Assembly: GCA_964511535.1 (NCBI GenBank)
Contig: CAZEFW010000013.1
Location: 3,861-67,860 of the forward strand
From: an uncultured Myxococcales bacterium
Lineage (GTDB): Bacteria; Myxococcota_A; Polyangia; GCA-2747355; CAZCFB01
DNA length: 64,000 nt
Direction: 5' to 3'
Part shown: piece after piece, positions 11,995 through 22,400 of the stretch
Layout of the letters: the number at the start of each line of letters is the position of its first letter
Numbering within the stretch: the stretch's first letter is position 1
The notes under the pieces: model-generated
Told to the model about the DNA's origin: nothing
Database searches by the model: none
Seen by the model: only the letters and a program-made list of their open reading frames with translations
Program-made: the position numbers and the translations under genes

Positions 11995-12870
11995 ATGAGC
12001 ACGAGCATCGGCAGGAGCGAACCGGAGCTGAGCCGGGAGGTCGGCGAGCTGAAGCGGCAGGTCACCGAGACTCGCAACCAGATGATCAAGACCGCCAACA
12101 GCTTCGCCAACCTGACCTCGGAGGTGCACGAGATCAGCCGACAGCTGCAGGCGCAGCGGCGCGGCGTGCACTTCAACTCCATGGTGGCCTACATCATCTT
12201 CGTGGTGCTCGTGGCCGGGGCGGCGTACCTGATGTACACCAGCCGCATCGAGCGGGTGGACTTCGAGAAGGGGGTGCTGGCCCGGGAGCGCGCGGCGGCG
12301 CGCAGCAAGCTGGAGACGGTGCTCAAGCAGGTTGAGAAGCGTCGGGAGACCGAGCTGCGGGCGCTGGCGTTCTACCGGCTGAGCCAGTCGGGCAAGGTGA
12401 TGGCCGCCTTGAAACAGTACCCCGAGATCGCGCAGATGCCGCTGTCGGCGGTGGAGTCAGCGCTGTTCCAGGGGTGGGCGACCCAGACCCGATCCCGGCT
12501 GTCCCACGCCGCCTACACCGACGCCATGAAGGCCATCGACCGCCGGCAGTGGAAGGAGGCGGTGATCAAGTTTCAGCGCTCGGTCACCTTCGTCCCGCGG
12601 CCGAACCACGAGGCGTCCCTGCGCTACTACTACGGCATCGCGCTCAACCGGCTCGGCAGCTACCCCGAGGCGGCCGCGGAGCTGGAGCGGGCCATCGAGG
12701 TGGGGGCCGAGAAGAGCGTCAACCAGGAGGTGCGCTACTACCTCGGCTCGATCTACGAGACCATGGGGCAGTTCAAGAAGGCGCGCGCGGCGTACGAGGC
12801 GTACATGCGGCGGTTCCCCAATACCAGCCAGGCGCGGTCGGCCAAGCGGCGGCTACGGCAGCTGGACTGA
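11995..12870 (+). CDS. Membrane-anchored coiled-coil/TPR protein (C-terminus CpoB/YbgF-like)
   Basis: GGAG RBS; N-terminal coiled coil, TM helix VAYIIFVVLVAGAAYLMY, C-terminal TPRs ending YEAYMRRFPNTSQARSAKRRL. Confidence 0.8.
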   Translation: MSTSIGRSEPELSREVGELKRQVTETRNQMIKTANSFANLTSEVHEISRQLQAQRRGVHFNSMVAYIIFVVLVAGAAYLMYTSRIERVDFEKGVLARERAAARSKLETVLKQVEKRRETELRALAFYRLSQSGKVMAALKQYPEIAQMPLSAVESALFQGWATQTRSRLSHAAYTDAMKAIDRRQWKEAVIKFQRSVTFVPRPNHEASLRYYYGIALNRLGSYPEAAAELERAIEVGAEKSVNQEVRYYLGSIYETMGQFKKARAAYEAYMRRFPNTSQARSAKRRLRQLD

Positions 12871-12902
12871 ACGGCGGCCTGCAGCCGCCGATTGCCAGAA
12901 TG

Positions 12903-12945
12903 AAAGTGTCAAGGTAGGGGGTCAGACCCCACCACTTGACATTTT
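12903..12945. repeat. REP-like palindrome between convergent genes
   Basis: AAAGTGTCAAG-GTAG-GGGGTC-A-GACCCC-ACCA-CTTGACATTTT, preceded by the hairpin CGGCGGC-CTGCA-GCCGCCG. Confidence 0.65.
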
Positions 12946-12974
12946 AGCGGGGGAGGACCCGGGGGTGCTGGGCC

Positions 12975-14249
12975 CTAGCGCAGGGCCAGCTTCTCCTGCT
13001 TCTTGGCGCGCTCCTTCTTCAGCTCGAAGTACTTCTGCAGCAGCATGCGCGCGGCGGTGTGGGCCTTGATGCGCCACTTGGCAGGGTTGCCCAGCAGGAC
13101 GGCGAAGGCGATCTCCGGTTTTTTCGCCGGGGCGAAGCCCACGAACCAGCTGTAGTGCAGGAAGGGGTCCTTGCGCGACAGGGAGCCGGTCTTGCCGCCG
13201 ACCTTGATGTCGCCCAGGTAAGCAGAGCCGCGGCGGGGCTTGAACGCCTTGCGGGCGGTGCCCATGGTGGTGGTGCGGACCATCATCTGGCGCAGCTTGC
13301 GCGCCGCCTGGTGGCTCAGGACGCGCCGACCCTTGAGGCCCTCGCCGTTCTCCACGGCGCCGTCGGGCTGGACCACGCGTGAGACCAGGCGCGGCCACCT
13401 GAGCACGCCGCCGTTGGCGGCGACCCCGGCGATGACCGCGCCGTGCATGGCGCTGATCTCGGTGTGCCAGAAGCCCGCGGACACCCGGGCGAGCTCCAGC
13501 TTGTCCGACGGGATGGACGCCTTGCTCGGCTTGACGGGGAGGCTGAAGGGGATCGGCTTGTTGAAGCCGAAGCGCTCGGCCCAGCGCTTGAGCTTGCTGC
13601 TGCTGAGGTACTTGAGGGTCAGCTTGGCCATCACCGGGTTGACCGACTTGGCCACCGCGTAAGAGAGGGAGCGGCACGCCGTGTCGAGGCGAGGGTTGTC
13701 GACGATGTTGCTCATGCGAAGGCCTCGCAGGCCGCCGTGGTAGCAGACGGTGGTGTCGGCGGGCACGCCGCGCGCCAGCAGCGCTGCAGCGGTGACGACC
13801 TTGAACACCGAGGCCGCCGGAGCCCAGGGGGTGAGGGTGAGCGCCTCGGTGTCCACCTTGCGGTCCCGGGAGGAGTGCCCGGCCAGGGCCAGGACATGGC
13901 CGCTGGACACCCGGGACATCACCATGGCGCCGTAAGGCAGCTCGTAGCGCGCCATCAGCTTGCGAGCGTGGGCCTGCAGGTCGGCGTCCAGGGTCGTCTC
14001 CACGCGGGTGCCGTCGGGCATCACCTGGACCATGCGGCGGCCTTCTGCTTTGAGCGCGTCGAGATCGAGCTGGTCTTTCCAGGAGACCTTGGCAGGAGGG
14101 GGCGCGGGCTTGCGGGCTCGTTCGACAGACAGGGAGGGCTGTTTGGGCTGGTCCGGGCCGTCCTGGTGGGCCACAACGGCTCCGGTGGCGAAGATGGACA
14201 GGATCGCAAGCGCACAGGCCCCAGGCCTTTTAGCAAAAAAGCCAAACAT
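12975..14249 (-). CDS. Penicillin-binding protein, transpeptidase domain only
   Basis: SxxK (ASVFK), SxN (KSVN), KTG (GKTGS), SWFVGFAP, TTLDADLQ; N-terminal signal/anchor. Confidence 0.9.
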   Translation of the reverse strand: MFGFFAKRPGACALAILSIFATGAVVAHQDGPDQPKQPSLSVERARKPAPPPAKVSWKDQLDLDALKAEGRRMVQVMPDGTRVETTLDADLQAHARKLMARYELPYGAMVMSRVSSGHVLALAGHSSRDRKVDTEALTLTPWAPAASVFKVVTAAALLARGVPADTTVCYHGGLRGLRMSNIVDNPRLDTACRSLSYAVAKSVNPVMAKLTLKYLSSSKLKRWAERFGFNKPIPFSLPVKPSKASIPSDKLELARVSAGFWHTEISAMHGAVIAGVAANGGVLRWPRLVSRVVQPDGAVENGEGLKGRRVLSHQAARKLRQMMVRTTTMGTARKAFKPRRGSAYLGDIKVGGKTGSLSRKDPFLHYSWFVGFAPAKKPEIAFAVLLGNPAKWRIKAHTAARMLLQKYFELKKERAKKQEKLALR

Positions 14250-14268
14250 TTCAAGCTCCTGAATGAAG

Positions 14269-14303
14269 ACCTACATTGTAGGTGATGTGGGGATCTGTGT
14301 CAA
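14269..14303 (-). promoter_or_regulatory. Sigma70-type promoter of the PBP gene with an overlapping palindromic operator
   Basis: Minus strand reads TTGACA (14303-14298), 17 nt, TACAAT (14280-14275). Palindrome ACCTACA-T-TGTAGGT at 14269-14283 covers the -10 box. Confidence 0.8.
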
Positions 14304-14462
14304 AAAAATGCCCTGCTTATAAGGATAGGGTGGGGGTTCCCCGGGTTTATCGGGGGGTTGTCGAGGGTTAACTGGGGGTCGTCGGAGGTATGCGGAGGAA
14401 ATCGGACGCGTCCACGTCCACGTTGGGTTTGTTGCGGAGGCTTTATTGTGTCCGGGAGATTG

Positions 14463-15017
14463 CTACATCAGGGGTGTGCCGCGTTTGCCGCCGTCGATGA
14501 CTCTCAGGTGGCGGCGCATGCGCTCGCGTCGGATGGGCTCCAGGCCGCCTCGCAGGATCTCCGAGCCGGGGTGTCGCTCCAGCCCCTTCTCGAAGGTGGA
14601 CACCGCGTCCTCCTCACGGCCCATGACGTCCAGCAACGCTCCCTTGAGGAAGTAGAGGTCCTCTTCGAGCCAGCCTTCCTCCTCCGAGAGGCACTTGAAC
14701 GAGCGCCCCACAGCGCGCAGGGACTCGGGAAAGCGCTCGAGGTCGGCCAACACCGCGGCCCTCGTGTAGTGCGCCTCGGCGGCGCGCGGCAGGCGGCGCA
14801 GCGCCATCTCCGCCGCCGCAAGCGCTGACGGGTCGTCCTCCAGGCTGGACATCACCTGGCTCTTGAGCAGCCACGCCGAGCCCTCCAGCGGCCTCAGATA
14901 GAGCGCGTGGTTAACGTAGTCGTTGGCCTCGTGGATTGCGCCCATGGAGTCCGGATTGGCCAGCAGGCCGCTGGCCATCTCCATCAGCTCCTCGAATGAC
15001 AGGTCGAGTACTGACAT
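14463..15017 (-). CDS. TPR protein with C-terminal LRVIDGGK tail
   Basis: TPR patterns (AWLLKS, AHYTRA, LYFLKG); start overlaps the acyltransferase stop. Confidence 0.8.
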   Translation of the reverse strand: MSVLDLSFEELMEMASGLLANPDSMGAIHEANDYVNHALYLRPLEGSAWLLKSQVMSSLEDDPSALAAAEMALRRLPRAAEAHYTRAAVLADLERFPESLRAVGRSFKCLSEEEGWLEEDLYFLKGALLDVMGREEDAVSTFEKGLERHPGSEILRGGLEPIRRERMRRHLRVIDGGKRGTPLM

Positions 15018-16411
15018 TAGCCGAACACCACCGAATCACGCCGGGAGAGGCGCTCGTCCACCATGGCCTGGATCGACGACCGCACTCGCTCGGTGAGCCG
15101 CCCAACCAGCAAGCGGTCGTCTCCGCCGTTGGGGCCATACTGCCCGACGAGGTCGAGGGGCTCGCCGAAGCGGATGTACCACTTGGTCGGCAGGGGGAGC
15201 GCGCCCGCGGGACCGAGCCACGGGAAGGTCGGCGTCACCGGGATGTACGGGATGCCGAGATATTTGGCCAGCCAGGTGACCTTGGTAAGCATCGGGTGGA
15301 TCTCCTCCGCGCCCACCACGGCAGCCGGGATGATCGGGGTGCCGGTCTTGAACGCGAGCCGGATGAAGCCGCCACGGCCGAAGCGTTGCAGCTGATAGCG
15401 GTGGCGGTACAGCTTACCGATGCCCTGGATTCCCTCGGGGAATACGGCAGTGACTTGCCCCTGCCGCAGGAGCCGCTCGGCGTTGTCCTGGCAGGCGCGC
15501 ACGCACCCCACGCGGTTGAGGAACACACCGAGGAAGGGGAAGTGGAAGATGAAGTCCTCCACCAGCGGGCGGACGTCGCGGTGGGCCGGGTGGTCGTAAC
15601 GAACGGCGTACATGATCATGGCGCCGTCGTAGGGCAGCGTGCCGGAGTGGTTGGAGACGATGAGGGCGCCGCCCTGGTCCGGGACGTTCTCCATGCCCAC
15701 AGTCTCCACGCGGAACCAGTGTCGATAGAGCAGCTCGAACAGGGGTCGCCACTTGTCCGCGAAGAGCGGGTCCAGGCCGAAGTCATCAACCACCTCGGAC
15801 CGGTCGCGCATCCTGAATTCGGAGATCATCCGTCGGTAGCTGCCCGGCTGCAGCAGCTCGCCCACGCGGTCCAGCAGGCTCAGGTCGCGCGCCGAGGCGC
15901 CCCTCGCGCCGGCGCGGGCGCTCTCCGGGCCGATGCCCTCGAACAACCTGCCGCGGCCCTCTGCGGCGGCCTCGCCATCGAGGCCGGGGCCCTGGTAGGA
16001 CGACGCCGTGACATGGATCCCCGGCTCCATCTCCTCGGCGACGACCTGGCTGGCGCGACGAGCGGAGGCGCCGTCCAGCGGGGCGCCGCTGCGGAAGACA
16101 TCCCTGCGGGGCTCGGCCTGGATCTCCTCCCGGCTCACTGAATCTTCCGCGGGAGGCGGCGGCGCCGGCGGGCGCTCGCTGGTGACGGGCGCCTTCTTCT
16201 TCGCCGCTGCTTTCTTCCTGGCGGGCGCCTTCTTCTTCGGCGCGGCTTTCTTCCTGGCGGGTGCCTTTTTCTTGGCCGCGGCTTTCTTCTTCGCGGGTGC
16301 CTTTTTCTTGGCCGCGGCTTTCTTCTTCGCGGGTGCCTTTTTCTTGGCCGCAGCTTTCTTCCTGGCGGGCGCCTTCTTCTTCGTGGAGGTCCTGGCCTTC
16401 TTCTGCGCCAT
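15017..16411 (-). CDS. PlsC-type (lysophospholipid) acyltransferase with histone-H1-like N-terminal tail
   Basis: DDFGLDP, NHSGTLPYD (HxxxxD), VFPEG, FGRGGF, PIIP, PLPTKW; N-terminal KKKAPAKKKAAA repeats. Confidence 0.9.
   Translation of the reverse strand: MAQKKARTSTKKKAPARKKAAAKKKAPAKKKAAAKKKAPAKKKAAAKKKAPARKKAAPKKKAPARKKAAAKKKAPVTSERPPAPPPPAEDSVSREEIQAEPRRDVFRSGAPLDGASARRASQVVAEEMEPGIHVTASSYQGPGLDGEAAAEGRGRLFEGIGPESARAGARGASARDLSLLDRVGELLQPGSYRRMISEFRMRDRSEVVDDFGLDPLFADKWRPLFELLYRHWFRVETVGMENVPDQGGALIVSNHSGTLPYDGAMIMYAVRYDHPAHRDVRPLVEDFIFHFPFLGVFLNRVGCVRACQDNAERLLRQGQVTAVFPEGIQGIGKLYRHRYQLQRFGRGGFIRLAFKTGTPIIPAAVVGAEEIHPMLTKVTWLAKYLGIPYIPVTPTFPWLGPAGALPLPTKWYIRFGEPLDLVGQYGPNGGDDRLLVGRLTERVRSSIQAMVDERLSRRDSVVFG
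16187..16385 (-). repeat. 36-bp coding tandem repeat (KKKAPA[K/R]KKAAA, about 5.5 units)
   Basis: Recurring TTTCTTCTTCGCGGGTGCCTTTTTCTTGGCCGC(G/A)GC on the + strand. Confidence 0.9.
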
Positions 16412-17452
16412 CTATGCCTCCCCCTCGGCCTGCGCGAACTCTCTGATCACCTGGCCGATGTTGTGGCGGGGCGAGTAGCCCATCTCGTTGGCAGCCCGCG
16501 AGGTGTCCGCCACGCAGAGGTACCGCATGAAGTCGAAGTACATGGGCGGCGCGTCGAATACCTGCGTCATCCAGAGCACCTTCGCCAGGGGATAGGCCAG
16601 CGGGTGCGGCAGGGGGACGCCCACGCGGCCGGCCATGGCCAGGGCCGTGGACAGGGGCAGCACGCCTTCGCTCGCCACGTTGTACGTGCCGTTGAAGTCG
16701 AGGTCGATGACCAGCTTGAACACGTCAAGCGCGTCCTCCTCGTGGAGCACCTGGATCAGCGGGTCGTAGCCCATCATCACCGGGACGATGGGCTTTGCGA
16801 GCAGGCGGCTGACATAGTTGCTCACCCGGTGACCGAGGATGGACGCGGTCCGGAGCACCGTGACCACAGAGGCGCGGTTTTCGTTGCGGTGCCGGCGCGC
16901 CAGGCGCTCGGCCTCGATCTTGTCTGCGAAGAACCGGCTCCCGGGGACGCCGTTCAGCTTTGCGTCTTCCTTGAGGAAGTTTGGATTGCGCGGCATCGCG
17001 CCGTACAGGGCCGTCAAGCTCCAGTGCACCACCTTGTGGATCTTGCTCGCGGCGCAGGCGTTGAGCAGGTGCATGGTGCCGATGGCCTCGAGCTCGTGGG
17101 CATAGGCGGTGTTGTGCGAGGGCTTGGAGAGGAACGCCAGGTGCACCAGGGTGTCCACCTTCTCCTTGGAGAAGATGTGGGCGAGCTCACCGTCGGCGTT
17201 GGGCAGGGTCAGATCCACCTTGAAGAAGCGTGTCTTGGTCACCGGGATGTCCGGCTTGCGGATGTCGATGGCCAGGATCTTGCGGTAGCGTCGGTCCTGC
17301 TCCAGCTTTCGGATCACCTCCTGCCCGAGGAAGCTGTGCGCGCCGGTGACCGCGACGACCCGTGCGTCCGGGTCGAGGGACGACCGAATGGCGAGGTGGC
17401 GTCCCTTCATCGCCGAATCGGACGCCCCGTCCCTTGCTTTTGTGCTGTTCAT
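16412..17452 (-). CDS. NAD-dependent epimerase/dehydratase (extended SDR)
   Basis: VAVTGAHSFLG, VHLAF, LYGAMP, GYDPLIQVLHEED, GTYNVA. The usual YxxxK appears as FADK, so it may be atypical. Confidence 0.85.
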   Translation of the reverse strand: MNSTKARDGASDSAMKGRHLAIRSSLDPDARVVAVTGAHSFLGQEVIRKLEQDRRYRKILAIDIRKPDIPVTKTRFFKVDLTLPNADGELAHIFSKEKVDTLVHLAFLSKPSHNTAYAHELEAIGTMHLLNACAASKIHKVVHWSLTALYGAMPRNPNFLKEDAKLNGVPGSRFFADKIEAERLARRHRNENRASVVTVLRTASILGHRVSNYVSRLLAKPIVPVMMGYDPLIQVLHEEDALDVFKLVIDLDFNGTYNVASEGVLPLSTALAMAGRVGVPLPHPLAYPLAKVLWMTQVFDAPPMYFDFMRYLCVADTSRAANEMGYSPRHNIGQVIREFAQAEGEA

Positions 17453-17501
17453 GGTGGAAGAAATCTAGGAGATACTGCCGAGAAAGTCGAGAGTCGAGAG
17501 C

Positions 17502-19352
17502 TTGGAGCCCACAAAGCCTGCGCATATCCCCGCCATCCAGGTGCTGCCTGACGCCGTGATCGATCAGATCGCCGCCGGCGAGGTGGTGGAGCGCCCCGCA
17601 TCCGTGGTCAAGGAGCTGGTGGAGAACGCGCTGGACGCTGGCGCGCAGCGCATCCATGTCGAGGTGCGCGAGGGGGGCAAGCAGCTGATCCGCGTGGTGG
17701 ATGACGGCCGCGGCATGACCCCGGACGAGCTGCGGCTGGCCATCCAGCGCCACGCCACCAGCAAGCTGCGGGCGGTGGATGACCTGAGCTCGCTGGCCAC
17801 CATGGGCTTCCGGGGCGAGGCGCTGCCCACCATCGCGTCAGTGTCGCGGTTCAGCATCACATCGCGGGCCGGATCGGCCGGACAGGCCGCCGCCCTGCGG
17901 GTTGAGGGAGGCAAGGTGGGCGAGGTGGAGCCGGCCGGCGCCGCGCCGGGCACCACCGTCGAGGCGGCGGATCTGTTCTTCAACACCCCGGCGCGGCTCA
18001 AGTTCCTCAAGAGCACCGCCACCGAGGCCGCGCACATCACCGACATGGTCAACCGCGCAGCGCTGTGTGCGCCGCGGGTCCACTTCTCCCTGGTCACGGG
18101 CGGGCGCAAGCCGGTGGATCTTCCGCCATGTCAGGACAGGCTCGAGCGCTGCCGGGCGGTGCTGGCGCGCTGGGCAGACAGCCTGGTCGCAGGGGAGCGT
18201 CAGGTCGGGCCGCTTCGGGCCGAGGCGATCCTGGCGCCCCCGTCGGAGAGCCTGCGCACTTCGCGCCAGCTGGTGCTCGCCGTCAACGGCCGCCACGTGC
18301 GGGATCGGGCCCTGCTTCAGGCCGTCCTGGCCGGGTTCGGGCCGATGATGGATCGGGGCCGCTTCCCCGTGGCCGTGGTGTACCTGGATCTGCCGCCGGA
18401 TTGCCTCGACGTCAACGTCCACCCCCAGAAGACCGAGGTCCGGTTCGCGGAACCGCGGCGGATCTTTTCGCTGGTCAAGGGGTGCGTGGAGGAGCTGCTC
18501 GCCTCTTCACGCTGGCTGGAGCAGGGTGCGGGCCGGGCCGCCGGGCAAGGGCGCTCCCACGCTCCCGCCCGGCGCTACAGCCTGAACAGGAGCAGCGACG
18601 CCGGCTATGACGAGCACAAGCAGCGCCTGATGGAGGCCACGCGGCGGTTCTGGTCCAGGCGGCCATCGGAGAGGGGCGGGGCAGCCAGGGAGCAGTCGGA
18701 GGCGCCGTATCCCGCGGATGGCGAGGCGGCGCGGGGGTACGCCGCGAGTGTCGGAGCTGAGCCAGGGGGATACTTCAGCAGCCTCACCGTGGTGGGCCAG
18801 GCCATGGGACTGTTCGTGGTGTGCGAGGGCCAGGACGAGGTGGTGCTCATCGACCAGCACGCCGCACACGAGCGGGTCACGTTCGAGCGGCTGCGCGCGG
18901 CAGCGGACGCCGGGTCGGTCCCGACCCAGCGGCTGCTGGTGCCCGAACCGGTGGAGCTGGATCCACGGCTGGCGGCCACGGCGGAGGCGCACGCCGGGGC
19001 GCTCGAGGAGCTGGGGCTGGAGGCCGAGCACTTCGGCGGTGAGGCGTGGGCGGTCCGGGCCGTGCCAGCGGCGCTGGCAGGGGCGAACCCGGTGGAGCTG
19101 CTGCGTGACCTGCTGGAGAGCCTGACGGGGGAGTCGGAGGGCAGTGACGTGGTGCAGGAGTCCGGGGACGCCACGCTGGCCCGCATGGCGTGCCACGGGT
19201 CGGTGAGGCAGGGCAGGTCGCTGTCTGAGCAGGAGATGTCAGCCCTGCTGCGGGCCCTGGACAGGGTGGACTTTGCCACTGCGTGTCCGCACGGACGCCC
19301 TGTCATGGTGCGCCTGTCGCGGCAGGAGTTGGAGCGCCGACTCAAACGCTAG
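17502..19352 (+). CDS. mutL: DNA mismatch repair endonuclease MutL
   Basis: QIAAGEVVERPASVVKELVEN, RHATSK, GFRGEAL, DVNVHPQKTEVRF; endonuclease motifs DQHAAHERVTFE, MACH, CPHGRP. Confidence 0.97.
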   Translation: MEPTKPAHIPAIQVLPDAVIDQIAAGEVVERPASVVKELVENALDAGAQRIHVEVREGGKQLIRVVDDGRGMTPDELRLAIQRHATSKLRAVDDLSSLATMGFRGEALPTIASVSRFSITSRAGSAGQAAALRVEGGKVGEVEPAGAAPGTTVEAADLFFNTPARLKFLKSTATEAAHITDMVNRAALCAPRVHFSLVTGGRKPVDLPPCQDRLERCRAVLARWADSLVAGERQVGPLRAEAILAPPSESLRTSRQLVLAVNGRHVRDRALLQAVLAGFGPMMDRGRFPVAVVYLDLPPDCLDVNVHPQKTEVRFAEPRRIFSLVKGCVEELLASSRWLEQGAGRAAGQGRSHAPARRYSLNRSSDAGYDEHKQRLMEATRRFWSRRPSERGGAAREQSEAPYPADGEAARGYAASVGAEPGGYFSSLTVVGQAMGLFVVCEGQDEVVLIDQHAAHERVTFERLRAAADAGSVPTQRLLVPEPVELDPRLAATAEAHAGALEELGLEAEHFGGEAWAVRAVPAALAGANPVELLRDLLESLTGESEGSDVVQESGDATLARMACHGSVRQGRSLSEQEMSALLRALDRVDFATACPHGRPVMVRLSRQELERRLKR

Positions 19353-19476
19353 ATCCTTTTCTGTAATCCCAACTACATTTAGAGCCTGTTTTGTAGCGCA
19401 CATTACTCAAATCAGGTCTGGCTTTTTTCAATCGGCCCGTCACATTCAATGAGTTAGTCATGACTACGTGAGTTAG

Positions 19477-22400
19477 ATGATGCGCACATCAAGCAGGTTC
19501 TCCTCAACAAAGCTCTTGGCCATCCTGGCTTCGGCAGCAATCCTCACTCTTCTGCCCGTCACATCGCGAGCCGAGGTGGATCCCATGGGGGTCATCACCG
19601 AGCGCCTGCAGCGGGCCGAGGTCTCCATCGTGCTGGACACGTCGGGCTCCATGGCCTGGTATCCAAACCCGGCCACCAGAGTCGGCTCGGACTGCGGCGG
19701 GAACCGCAAGGGCACCGTGGACCTGTGCGGCGATGGCATGTGCAGCGGGTCCGAGGGCAGCAGCGGAAACCTGTGCGCCCAGGACTGCAACCTCTCCAGC
19801 GCCACGTCCGGCCCGGCCGGATCGCCGAAGCAGTGCAATCCAAACAACGTCAAGAATTCCCGCATGTTCATGATCAAGCGGGTGCTGCGAAATCTGCTCC
19901 CTGACCTGCGCAGGTCCGTGTCCTTCGGCATGGTCACCTTCTACCAGACCGGCTATCACCGGTACTACCTGGCAGATACGGGCACGACCAAGCAGGTGTC
20001 GGTGTTCTTCAGCCGGATGGAGCTGGAGGCGCTGGGCGCCTGGAACAAGAACAAGGAGCGGCCCCGCAACTACTTCAACTGGAACGGCACGCAGTACAGC
20101 CGCCTGAACAAGTCCGGCCTCAGCGTCAAGCGCGACAGCCTGTACGCCCGCGTGGACAACACGGGTATCGAAAACCGGTTCAAGTTCAACAAAGCAAAGC
20201 TGCTCCATACCACCGGGTCGCTGAACTGGAGCTACCGCGGCACCTACTACACCTTCGACCAGCGCCCCATTCAGGCCAACGTCTGGTTCAGCTCTCCGAC
20301 CTACAGGGGGCCGCAGTTCGTGGACGCATCCGGCAACGCCTGGGTCCACCACCGCTACGACCACAACTACAGCTCTCAGGGCATCTCGGCAGGGTCTTCC
20401 GGGATGGTTTCGGTGCCCATGGCCGCAAGCGAGGACCAGGCTGTCATCGACAACCGGCTCTTCAGCATCATGAGCAAGCTGAACACCGCTCGTAACGGCG
20501 GCATCTGGTCCTACGGCGGTACCCCGGCCGGGCCGGCCATCCAGACAGCAGAGTCGCTCTTCCGGGCCAGGCAGCAAGGCACCGGCATTTATGCCGCTGC
20601 CGGAGCGGATCCGCAGGCTTCCTGCCGGCCGCGTTTCGTCCTGCTGCTCACCGATGGCCAGTCGAACCAGGGGGTGAAGCCGTGGGTCGCCGCCCAGAAC
20701 CTGCGACTCAGCTCCACCTTCTCGGGCAACCCGATCCGCACCCTGGTGGTGGGCCTCCCGGGGCTCCCGTCTTCGGCGGTCTCCGAGCTGGACCGGGTGG
20801 CCGACCTTGGCGATGACGGCATCTCCAACAACAGCCAGAGCGCGTATGTCGCCAGCGACGAGGCGGCCCTGGCCAAGGTGCTCAAGCAGGTGCTGTTCGA
20901 GATCGTCCAGGGCGATTACACCACCACCGAGCCCGCTGTCACCACCCAGCAGGCCAGCCTCGCCACCCAGGAGGTGGCGGTCATCCCCTCCACCGAGTAC
21001 CCGGGATGGCGCGGCCAGGTCCGCGCGCTCGACCTGACCACCACCCCGCCGACAGAGCTTTGGAACGCCGGGGACATGCTGCAGAACGTCTCCTACAAGG
21101 AGCGGATCCTCTTCTCCGGTTACCCCACCCTGAACAACGGCTTGCCGGTCAAGATCATGGCCCCGGACGGGACCGTGAACATCAACGGCGGCTGCTCCGG
21201 CTGCGGAGGCGTGGGCCTGCGGCAGATCTGGAAGAAGGTCGGCACGCCGCCCACAAACAACGAGATCCGCCGCATGGTGGAGTGGCTGGCCGGCAAGGGG
21301 CGGACATGGAAGCTGCCGCCCCTGATGCACTCCACGCCTGCCGTGGTGGGCATGCCGCCCAAGTACGACCTCAAGAGCCACGGCGACTTCCGCGGGGCCT
21401 ACGCCAGCCGCGAGCGGCTGATCTATGTCGCCTCCAATGAGGGGCTGCTGCATGCCTTCCGCAACAAGGACGGCAGCGAGGCGTTCGCTTACCTGGTGCC
21501 CGACGCGCTGCCCATGTTGTACGACCTGTGGCGCCGCGGCGGGCAAGACGCGGATCCCTCCGGCTTCCGCTGGGTGCTGGCGAGCTCGCCGCGCGTGGAG
21601 GATGTCCCGTCAAGCGCGGCCTTCGGGTGGTCTACCCACCTTGTGCTCACCATGGGCGCGGCGGGAGAGCAGTTCGTGGCGCTGGACATCACCGACCCGT
21701 CGGAGTGCCACGCCACCTCTTGCACGCTCAACCCCGCCCCCTTCACGGTGGCGGCGCACTCCCGCGAGCTGCAGACGGCGTCGGTGCTGGGCGAGACCTG
21801 GTCCGTGCCGGCGCTGTATTACGACTACGTCGGTGGATCCAACGCGCCGGACGCGAAGATGTCCATGGGCAGCGGCTATGGCTCGGGCTCGGAAGGGAAC
21901 TTCTACAACCACTTCGACTCGCTGTATGCGGCGCCTGGATCCACCGAGCACAGCTCCACCGGGGCGCAGGTGGACTTCGCGGTGCTGGCCGACACGACGG
22001 CCGCCATCAACCTGGAGGACCGGCGGCAGGTCATGGCCACCTACCAGGCGGACCTGCACGGCCGCATCGCGCGCTACACAAAGGGGGACAACCAGGCGGG
22101 CTCTGTGCTGATTGACGCCGGCGCCACGCACCCGATCTACTACAGCCCGGCCACGTTCCACATGGGCAACGGCAACGTGCTGCTCGCCGCGGCCTCCCAG
22201 GCGCAGGACGAGGCGTCGCCTCCGTCGAGCGCGCGCACCGCGCTGATCATCCGCAGCGAGAAGGACGGCCAGGTGGACCTGTTCAATGACAACGTGACCT
22301 GTGACATCACCGACATCTGCTCGCAGAAGCCTGGCTGCCCGGTGACCATCCCTTCGGGCTGCGTCGCGCCGGGCGCCACGGCCAAGCCGGTGACGCGGCC

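Noticed and set aside
17502-19352. MutL with an endonuclease motif and no adjacent mutS/mutH
   Set aside because: Ordinary for MutH-independent mismatch repair.
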